A DNA stretch of 64,000 nt from Balneolales bacterium (GTDB lineage Bacteria; Bacteroidota; Rhodothermia; Balneolales; Natronogracilivirgulaceae). The notes under the pieces were generated by a model. The model did no database searches, was not told the origin of the DNA, and saw nothing but the letters and a program-made list of their open reading frames with translations. This document shows, piece by piece, positions 9,026 to 16,379 of the stretch. Both the position numbers and the translations under genes were made by a program. How positions within the stretch are numbered: position 1 is the first letter of the stretch; every line of letters starts with the position of its first letter. The stretch covers positions 22,681 through 86,680 of the forward strand of contig JBBDMU010000028.1 of NCBI GenBank assembly GCA_040878085.1. The letters run 5' to 3'.

Positions 9026-10175
9026 AAATAGACTCATTATAGCATCAGCTGGTTCTGGTAAGACTACAAAAATTGTCAACGAGGCATTAAGTCTTTTAGG
9101 AGAAAATGTGTTAATTACCACTTACACGGAGGCTAATGCAGCTGAGATTAGGCGCAAATTTATTGAAAAACGAAAAGCACTACCATCAAATATTACCATA
9201 CAAACCTGGTTTTCGTTCTTAATTCAGCATGGCGTGAAACCTTACCAGGGAGCATTAAATGAAATGCTATATCAGTACAATATTAGAGGGTTGTCGCTAA
9301 GTGATGGAGAATCAGGTATAAAATATACTAGACGAATTAATGATAGAACAGTCAATGTAACATTCAAGGAAGATGGTGAGTTTATACAGCATTACTTCAC
9401 AAATAGTCAAAGAATATATTCAGACAAGTTATCCAAGTTCGTTTTTAAAGCTAATTTAAAAACAGCAAATGAAGTGATTGAACGTATTAGTAGGATATAC
9501 TCAAACGTCTTTATTGATGAAGTGCAAGATTTGGCTGGTTATGATCTTGAATTTATCAAACTATTATTTGAAAGTCAGTCACAAGTTCTGTTGGTTGGAG
9601 ATCCGAGGCAAGTAACTTATGTAACTCATCATGCAAGGAAGAATGCAAAATATCGGGATGGAAATATTAAAGGATATTTACTTGAGAAGTGCCATTCATT
9701 AATTAAGGATGGAATTGATGAGGTATCATTAATTAAATCACACAGGAACAATCGTTCTATTTGCGAGTTTTCCTCAAAACTTTATCCTAACTATCCTTCT
9801 TCTGTGCCATGTTCATGCTGTGAAAATGCTGCTAAAGATGGGTTTAGCGGCGTTTACTTGGTAAAATCTGAAGATGTGAATTCATATTTAGCTTCTTTTA
9901 ACCCTATGCAATTACGATGGAATCTATCCGTGCTAGTTAATCACAACCATAAAGTTCTAAACTATGGTGAATCAAAGGGTATGACGTTTGACAGAGTGCT
10001 CATATATCCAACTTTACCGATGCGAAACTGGATAATGAATAATGAATATAATCTAAAAAATGAAGCAAGAGCTAAATTTTATGTAGGGTTGACAAGGGCA
10101 AGATATAGCTCAGCTATTGTTTTTGATTATTGTGATCAAACTGAATATGATGGTATGATTAAATATCATGCTTAG
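9018..10175 (+). CDS. gajB: UvrD/Rep-like SF1 helicase, compact GajB-like (Gabija)
   Basis: About 385 aa from ATG9018, overlapping the gajA stop by 8 nt. SF1 motifs seen: ASAGSGKTT (I), FIDEVQDL (II), LVGDPRQ (III), ESKGMTFDRVLIY (V) and YVGLTRAR (VI). Confidence 0.75.
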   Translation: MNKNRLIIASAGSGKTTKIVNEALSLLGENVLITTYTEANAAEIRRKFIEKRKALPSNITIQTWFSFLIQHGVKPYQGALNEMLYQYNIRGLSLSDGESGIKYTRRINDRTVNVTFKEDGEFIQHYFTNSQRIYSDKLSKFVFKANLKTANEVIERISRIYSNVFIDEVQDLAGYDLEFIKLLFESQSQVLLVGDPRQVTYVTHHARKNAKYRDGNIKGYLLEKCHSLIKDGIDEVSLIKSHRNNRSICEFSSKLYPNYPSSVPCSCCENAAKDGFSGVYLVKSEDVNSYLASFNPMQLRWNLSVLVNHNHKVLNYGESKGMTFDRVLIYPTLPMRNWIMNNEYNLKNEARAKFYVGLTRARYSSAIVFDYCDQTEYDGMIKYHA

Positions 10176-10256
10176 TTTGCTAATAGCTATTAACACCTTA
10201 AATTACCCCTGCTCCACCTAACCCGCTAACACCCATTACAACCCGTACCACCCCAT

Positions 10257-11825
10257 ATGTCCGAAGAAGAAAAGAAACGCCTTGAGACCCAGCTGTGGGG
10301 CATTGCCAACCTGCTCCGGGGCAAGATCAGCGCCGATGATTACCGCGACTACATCCTCGGGTTCATTTTCTACAAGTACCTGTCGGAAAAGCAGTACCTG
10401 TACGCCAACGAGCTGCTGAAGGGGGAGAAGGTGACCGATTTCAAGAACGTTACGGACACCGAAACCCTGGACGCCATCAAGGAAGAATCTTTGCTCACCC
10501 TGGGGTATTATTTGGAGCCTTCCCAGCTGTTCTCGGTGCTGGCCGCCAAGGGCAATGCTGATACGGAAAGCGAGAGCAACTACATTCTGGAAGATTTGAA
10601 GGCGGTGCTGAACCACATCGAGCAAAGCACCATGGGCACGGAATCCGAAGAGGATTTTAACGCCCTGTTTGAGGACCTGGACCTGAACTCCACCAAGATT
10701 GGCCGGACGGTGGGGGCCCGCAACGAGATCATCGTAAAAATCCTGATCCACCTGGATCAGATCGACTTCAAGCTGAAGGAAATCGATTCGGATGTGCTGG
10801 GCGATGCCTATGAGTACCTGATTGCCAAGTTCGCGGCCGGGGCGGGTAAGTCAGCCGGGGAGTTCTACACCCCTCAGCAGGTGTCGAAGATCCTGGCGAA
10901 GATTGTGACGACGGGCAAGACCAAGATTCGCTCGGCGTACGATCCTACCTGCGGGTCCGGGTCGCTGCTGCTGCGCGTGGCCAAAGAGGCCGCCGTGAGC
11001 GAGTTCTACGGACAGGAGCAGAACCGAACCACGTATAACCTGGCCCGGATGAACATGATCCTGCACGATGTGCATTTCCGGAAGTTTCATATTGAGCAGG
11101 ATGATACCCTGGAACAGCCGCGGCATCTGGAGAAGCGTTTTGAGGCGGTGGTGGCCAACCCGCCGTTCTCCGCCCACTGGAAAAGTGATGCCAACCCCCT
11201 GAACAGCGGGGATGAGCGGTTCAGCCAGTACGGCCGCCTGGCCCCGAAGACCAAGGCGGATTACGCCTTCCTGCAGCACATGCTCTACCAGCTGGCCGAT
11301 AACGGCATCATGTCCAGTGTGTTCCCCCACGGGGTGCTGTTCCGGGGAGCCGCCGAAGGCATCATCCGGGAGTACCTGATCAAGGAAAAGAATGTGGTGG
11401 ACGCGGTGATCGGATTGCCGGCCAATATCTTTTACGGCACCTCCATCCCTACCTGTATCCTGGTGCTTAAAAAGTGCCGTGAGGTGGATGATAATATCGT
11501 ATTCATCGATGCCAGCGGGGAGGACCATTATATCAAAAGCGGCAATCAAAACGCCCTGCGCGATGAGGATGTTGAGCGCATCATCAGCGCCTACCGCAAC
11601 CGCGAGACGATAGACAAGTACAGCTATGCAGCTCCATTGGAGGAAATATTGGAGAATGATTACAACCTGAATATCCCCCGCTATGTGGATACCTTTGAAG
11701 AGGAAGAGCCGGTTGATCTGGATGACGTGGTTGCGGAGCTAAAGGGGTTGGAAGCTGAATTGGATTCGACCAATGATGAGATAGTGGCTTTTTGCCGTGA
11801 ACTGAATATTTCAACTCCGTTTTAA
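10257..11825 (+). CDS. hsdM: type I restriction-modification system, DNA methyltransferase subunit
   Basis: 522 aa. The N-terminus LWGIANLLRG is the HsdM N-domain. AdoMet motif I is YDPTCGSGSLLL. The catalytic motif IV VVANPPF indicates an N6-adenine MTase. Confidence 0.95.
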   Translation: MSEEEKKRLETQLWGIANLLRGKISADDYRDYILGFIFYKYLSEKQYLYANELLKGEKVTDFKNVTDTETLDAIKEESLLTLGYYLEPSQLFSVLAAKGNADTESESNYILEDLKAVLNHIEQSTMGTESEEDFNALFEDLDLNSTKIGRTVGARNEIIVKILIHLDQIDFKLKEIDSDVLGDAYEYLIAKFAAGAGKSAGEFYTPQQVSKILAKIVTTGKTKIRSAYDPTCGSGSLLLRVAKEAAVSEFYGQEQNRTTYNLARMNMILHDVHFRKFHIEQDDTLEQPRHLEKRFEAVVANPPFSAHWKSDANPLNSGDERFSQYGRLAPKTKADYAFLQHMLYQLADNGIMSSVFPHGVLFRGAAEGIIREYLIKEKNVVDAVIGLPANIFYGTSIPTCILVLKKCREVDDNIVFIDASGEDHYIKSGNQNALRDEDVERIISAYRNRETIDKYSYAAPLEEILENDYNLNIPRYVDTFEEEEPVDLDDVVAELKGLEAELDSTNDEIVAFCRELNISTPF

Positions 11826-11828
11826 GCT

Positions 11829-13064
11829 ATGATAGAAGTCAAAGAAGCAGTAATACCGGAGTTGAGGTTTCCTGAGTTTGAGGATGAATGGATTAAGAAA
11901 AAACTAGGAAAATTAGGTGACTTTTGTGGTGGTGGAACACCTAGTAGCTTAATAGATGAGTATTGGATTGGACCCATCCCTTGGATATCTAGTTCTGACA
12001 TTAAGGAAGATACAGTTCAAGAGGTTGAAATATCACGTTTCATTTCGGCGAAAGCCATCAAAAACTCTGCCACTAAATTAATCCCAAAAAATAGTATTCT
12101 AATTGTGTCAAGAGTAGGAATTGGGAAATTTGCCGTTGCAAAACAAGACCTTTGCACGAGCCAAGATTTTACCAATTTGATACCTTATAAAGATAATTCA
12201 TTATTTCTAGCTTACTATTTCAAAGCAAAATCGAATCGCTTCAAAAGTTTAAGTCAAGGAACATCAATCAAAGGTTTTACAGGTCGGGATATACGTGGTT
12301 TGAAATTTATTATTCCTCTTAATAATACCGAACAGCAAAAAATCGCCACCTTCCTCACCGCTGTAGACAAACGCATCCAACTGCTGCAACAAAAGAAAGA
12401 AAAGCTGGAGCGATACAAAAAAGGAATGATGCAGAAGCTGTTCAGTCAGGAAATACGGTTTAAGGATGAGAATGGTGGGGATAATCGGGATTGGGAGGAG
12501 AAGAAGTTGGGGGAAGTCTTATTTGAGCATAAAGAGAGGAATTCCACTAATATTGTGACAGAGGTATTTTCTGTTTCTAAAGGAAAGGGAGTTGTTAATC
12601 AAATTGAACATTTGGGGAGATCTTATGCCGCTGAGTCTATTAAACACTATAAGGTTGCAAACCCAGGTGATATCATTTATACAAAAAGCCCAACAAGTGA
12701 CTTCCCATTTGGCATAATAAAGCAAAATTTAACTGAGAGGATAGGTGTCACTTCACCCCTTTATGGGGTATTTAGTCCTCGTAATTCTGCTTTAGGTTAT
12801 ATTATTCATAGTTATTTTTTGTCTTGGGTTAATACGTATAACTATTTAATACCTCTAGTGCATAGAGGTGCAAAAAACACCATGAACATTAATAATTATG
12901 AGTTTTTGAATGGTGCAAAGATACTGTTACCCAAATCAGAACAAGAACAACAAAAAATAGCTGCCTTCCTTTCATCCCTCGATAAAAAAATAAATCAGGT
13001 ATCCCAACAAATCCAGCACACCCAAACCTGGAAAAAAGGCTTACTCCAAAAGATGTTCGTATAA
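11829..13064 (+). CDS. hsdS: type I restriction-modification system, specificity subunit
   Basis: 411 aa. Two variable AT-rich target-recognition regions are separated by duplicated conserved helices: EQQKIATFLTAVDKRIQLLQQKKEKLERYKKGMMQKLF and EQQKIAAFLSSLDKKINQVSQQIQHTQTWKKGLLQKMF. It starts 3 nt after the hsdM stop. Confidence 0.9.
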   Translation: MIEVKEAVIPELRFPEFEDEWIKKKLGKLGDFCGGGTPSSLIDEYWIGPIPWISSSDIKEDTVQEVEISRFISAKAIKNSATKLIPKNSILIVSRVGIGKFAVAKQDLCTSQDFTNLIPYKDNSLFLAYYFKAKSNRFKSLSQGTSIKGFTGRDIRGLKFIIPLNNTEQQKIATFLTAVDKRIQLLQQKKEKLERYKKGMMQKLFSQEIRFKDENGGDNRDWEEKKLGEVLFEHKERNSTNIVTEVFSVSKGKGVVNQIEHLGRSYAAESIKHYKVANPGDIIYTKSPTSDFPFGIIKQNLTERIGVTSPLYGVFSPRNSALGYIIHSYFLSWVNTYNYLIPLVHRGAKNTMNINNYEFLNGAKILLPKSEQEQQKIAAFLSSLDKKINQVSQQIQHTQTWKKGLLQKMFV

Positions 13065-13065
13065 T

Positions 13066-15927
13066 ATGACCTCCCAACCCGAAGCCATACTGGAAAGCAA
13101 CCTCATCGCCCAGCTGGAGAAGCTGGGGTATGGGCGTGTGGTCATCCGGGATGAGAAAGATTTGCTGGCCAACCTGAAAGGGCAGCTCGAAAAGCATAAT
13201 AAGATCAGCCTAAGCGATAACGACTTCAGGCAGATCCTCAATTACATCAACAAGGGGAATATTTTTCAGAAGGCCCGGATCCTGCGCGACCGGGTACCGT
13301 ATGTAGACGGTCAGGGCGAGACCCGCACCGTACAGCTGATCAACCAGATCCACTGGTGCCAAAACGAGTTTCAGGTCACCAGTCAGGTCACCATGGAAGG
13401 CAGCTATAAGAACCGCTATGACGTGACCATACTGATCAACGGGCTGCCCCTGGTGCAGATCGAGCTCAAGCGGCGCGGGCTGGAGCTGAAGGAGGCGTTT
13501 AACCAGACCAACCGATACGAGCGCCATTCGTTCGGGGCCGGCCAGGGGCTGTTCCAGTTCATCCAGGTGTTTGTGATCAGCAACGGGGTCAATACCAAGT
13601 ATTATGCCAACAACTCCGTCAAAGGGCGCACCTTTAAACAGACCTTCTATTGGGCGGGCGAGGATAACAAGATTATCACCCAGCTTTCCAAATTCACCGA
13701 TATCTTCCTGGAGCCCTGCCATATTTCCAAGATGATTACCAAATACGTGGTGATCAACGAATCGGAGAAGATGCTGATGGTGCTCAGGCCGTACCAGTTC
13801 TACGCCACCGAGGCCATCATCGAAAGGGTGAGGACGCAGAAGGCGGCTACCGAACCCAAGTACGGCTATATCTGGCACACAACGGGTTCAGGCAAGACCC
13901 TGACCTCCTTCAAGACCGCGCAGATCCTTACCAACCTGCCTGAGGTCCATAAGGTGGTGTTTGTGGTAGACCGCAGGGATCTGGACAACCAGACCACCAA
14001 AGAGTTCAACAGCTTCAGCAAAGGCAGCATCGATGGCACCAATAACACCAGGGCTCTGGTGGATCAGTTGTCCGGAGACAACAAGATCATCGTCACCACC
14101 ATACAGAAGCTCAATACGGCCGTCAGCAAGAAACGGTACCTGGGCAAGCTGGAAGGGCTTAAAGACAAGCGCATTGTGTTCATCTTCGATGAGTGCCACC
14201 GCAGCCAGTTTGGCAAGACCCACAAGGCGATTAAGGACTTCTTCGGGAACTGTCAGATGTTCGGCTTTACCGGCACCCCTATTTTTAAGAAGAACGCCGG
14301 GGGCAATGAGTTCGGCAAGCGCACCACGGGCATGCTCTTCGGCGACTGCCTGCACAAGTATGTGATCACCGACGCCATCCGCGACGAGAATGTGCTGAAA
14401 TTCTCCATCGAATACATCAGCACCTTCCGCAAGAAGGAGGAAATTCAGGATATTGAGGTGGAGGCCATTGATGAGGCCGAGGTGATGAACGCTCCACAGC
14501 GCCTGAACCGCATCGCCGATTATATAATCTCTCACCACGACCGCAAGACCCACAACCGCAAGTTTACGTCTATTTTTTGTGTGTCCAGCATCCCCGCGCT
14601 GATTGAATACTACGACCTTTTCCTGAAGAAAAAGCAGGAGGGCCTGCACAATTTGAAGGTGGCCACCATCTTTTCCTATCAGGCCAATGAGGATGACAAG
14701 GACGCGGTGGGTTTCATCGAGGATGAGGAGTTTCTGACGGCCGCCGAGCCGCAGACCAGTTACGACACCCAGCATTCGCGGGATCATCTGGAGCGGTTTA
14801 TCGGTCTGTATAACCAGCAGTACGGAACCAATTTCTCGACCCGGGACAGCGAGTCGTTTTACAACTACTACAAAGACATCGCCAAGCGGGTGAAGGCCCG
14901 GCAGATTGATGTGCTGCTGGTGGTGAACATGTTCCTCACCGGCTTCGACAGCAAGCCCCTGAACACCCTGTACGTAGACAAGAACCTGAAGTACCACGGC
15001 CTTCTTCAGGCCTACTCGCGCACCAACCGGGTTCTGGATGAGCTGAAGAGCCAGGGGCAGATTGTGAGTTTCCGGAATTTAAAGTCCGCCACTGACGAGG
15101 CTATCACCCTGTTCTCTACCCTGGATGCTAAAGATGAGATCATTCTAAAGCCCTACGCGGAATACGTGGTCCAGTTCAACCAGGCCTACATCGCCCTGCT
15201 TCAGATCGCCCCCACCGTGGACAGCGTGAACCTGCTGAAGAGCGAAGATGACGAGCTGGCCTTCATCAAAGCCTTCCGCGAGCTGATGCGCCTGAAGAAT
15301 GTGCTGAGCACCTTCACCGATTTCACCTTCGATGACTTGTCGATGGATGAGCAGCGGTTTGAGGATTATAAGAGCAAGTATCTGGACCTGTACGACAAGA
15401 CCAAAAAGGAAACGGCGAAGCAGAAGGTTTCTATCCTTCAGGATGTGGATTTTGAGCTGGAGCTGATTCACCGGGATGAGATCAATGTTAAGTATATCAT
15501 GAATCTTCTGGAGGCCCTCAAGGATGCCGCCCCGGAGGACCAGGCCCGGCAGCGCAAGGCGATTGTGGAGCTTATGGCGGGGGATGCGGAGCTTCGCAGC
15601 AAGCGGGAGCTGATCGAGAAGTTTATCGCCGAGAATCTGCCGGCAATTGCCGACTCGGCTGATGTGGCCGATGAGTTTGACTCGTTCTGGAGCGAGCAGC
15701 GGAAGCTGGCCTTCGACGCGTTGAGCGCCGAGGAGGGGCTGGATGCGGCCCGCCTGGAGGAGGTGATCGGCGAGTATTTGTTTACCGAGAAGCCCCCATT
15801 GCGCGATGATGTGATCGGGATGATGAATGAGCGCCCCGCCCTGAAGCAGCGTGCACGGGCGGCCGAGCGGATAACAAGAAGGATGCGGGGATTTGTGGAG
15901 ACGTTTGTGAGCGGGGTGGCGGGGTAA
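13066..15927 (+). CDS. hsdR: type I restriction enzyme, R (endonuclease/translocase) subunit
   Basis: 953 aa. The N-terminal nuclease motif is RYDVTILINGLPLVQIELKR (D...ExK). SF2 motor motifs are HTTGSGKTLT (I) and FIFDECHRSQ (II). It starts 1 nt after the hsdS stop. Confidence 0.95.
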   Translation: MTSQPEAILESNLIAQLEKLGYGRVVIRDEKDLLANLKGQLEKHNKISLSDNDFRQILNYINKGNIFQKARILRDRVPYVDGQGETRTVQLINQIHWCQNEFQVTSQVTMEGSYKNRYDVTILINGLPLVQIELKRRGLELKEAFNQTNRYERHSFGAGQGLFQFIQVFVISNGVNTKYYANNSVKGRTFKQTFYWAGEDNKIITQLSKFTDIFLEPCHISKMITKYVVINESEKMLMVLRPYQFYATEAIIERVRTQKAATEPKYGYIWHTTGSGKTLTSFKTAQILTNLPEVHKVVFVVDRRDLDNQTTKEFNSFSKGSIDGTNNTRALVDQLSGDNKIIVTTIQKLNTAVSKKRYLGKLEGLKDKRIVFIFDECHRSQFGKTHKAIKDFFGNCQMFGFTGTPIFKKNAGGNEFGKRTTGMLFGDCLHKYVITDAIRDENVLKFSIEYISTFRKKEEIQDIEVEAIDEAEVMNAPQRLNRIADYIISHHDRKTHNRKFTSIFCVSSIPALIEYYDLFLKKKQEGLHNLKVATIFSYQANEDDKDAVGFIEDEEFLTAAEPQTSYDTQHSRDHLERFIGLYNQQYGTNFSTRDSESFYNYYKDIAKRVKARQIDVLLVVNMFLTGFDSKPLNTLYVDKNLKYHGLLQAYSRTNRVLDELKSQGQIVSFRNLKSATDEAITLFSTLDAKDEIILKPYAEYVVQFNQAYIALLQIAPTVDSVNLLKSEDDELAFIKAFRELMRLKNVLSTFTDFTFDDLSMDEQRFEDYKSKYLDLYDKTKKETAKQKVSILQDVDFELELIHRDEINVKYIMNLLEALKDAAPEDQARQRKAIVELMAGDAELRSKRELIEKFIAENLPAIADSADVADEFDSFWSEQRKLAFDALSAEEGLDAARLEEVIGEYLFTEKPPLRDDVIGMMNERPALKQRARAAERITRRMRGFVETFVSGVAG

Positions 15928-16063
15928 TACAGAAAGCGGTTATAGCCCTTCTTTATACATATTTAGTAGACCTTCAGTTAAAGATGTGTTACATGTGCAA
16001 TACAATAATTGAAACATTTGCTATGGATTCAACACTGACAATTCGAATTGACAAAGACCCATA

Positions 16064-16151
16064 AACTCCTGACCAAATCCTGAACAAGTCCGTACCAACT
16101 CCAACTAAAGCCCGGCTGGTAGTAGGAGTTGGTTAAGAGTTGGTTGGGGGG
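16064..16151. repeat. dispersed imperfect-palindromic repeat, copy A
   Basis: Positions 16064-16128 match 48443-48507 at 60/65 positions. The 5' arm is built from 11-nt units (CCTGACCAAAT/CCTGAACAAGT/CCGTACCAACT/CCAACTAAAG). The 3' arm GGAGTTGGTTAAGAGTTGGTTGGGGGG is partly complementary to it (CCAACTCC:GGAGTTGG). Confidence 0.85.
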
Positions 16152-16379
16152 AGGCCAATATGGACCCATCAATGTCCTGAAATAGACAATGAAATACAGG
16201 CGTTATTTTATGAAAGCAATTTGGAATATTCAAGCTGGTCGCATAAAGGGAAGCAGGTTGGCTCATATTTGTCTTATAAAAATTATCAGCATAGGCAGGG
16301 GGGCGGCTGCGTTGTTATAAATCAGAGGCCCCCGAAGAAGTCTCTGGGGTAAAGGAAGGCTGTACCGGCTACTTATAGA

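Noticed and set aside
7397-10175. Alternative identity of the OLD-ATPase pair as PARIS (AriAB) or a Septu-like system
   Set aside because: The ATPase and Toprim domains are fused in one protein and the partner is an SF1 UvrD-like helicase with motifs I-VI. This is the class-2 OLD/Gabija arrangement, not a split ATPase plus Toprim or ATPase plus HNH.
10236-11549. 171-aa and 232-aa minus-strand ORFs (10236-10751, 10851-11549)
   Set aside because: They are antisense to hsdM (NPPF and AdoMet motifs lie in the plus frame). This is the same GC-rich antisense artefact.
13888-14997. 369-aa ORF on the minus strand; also 13210-13878 (222 aa) and 15145-15471
   Set aside because: It lies entirely antisense to hsdR, whose sense frame carries clear SF2 and nuclease motifs. 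Long stop-free antisense frames are expected in GC-rich coding DNA. The products are low-complexity (L/V/G/H-rich) with no recognisable motif.
16140-16352. 70-aa plus-strand ORF between hsdR and the Lhr-like gene
   Set aside because: It starts (TTG) inside the GT arm of repeat A, and its composition and sequence are unconvincing. It is treated as non-coding.
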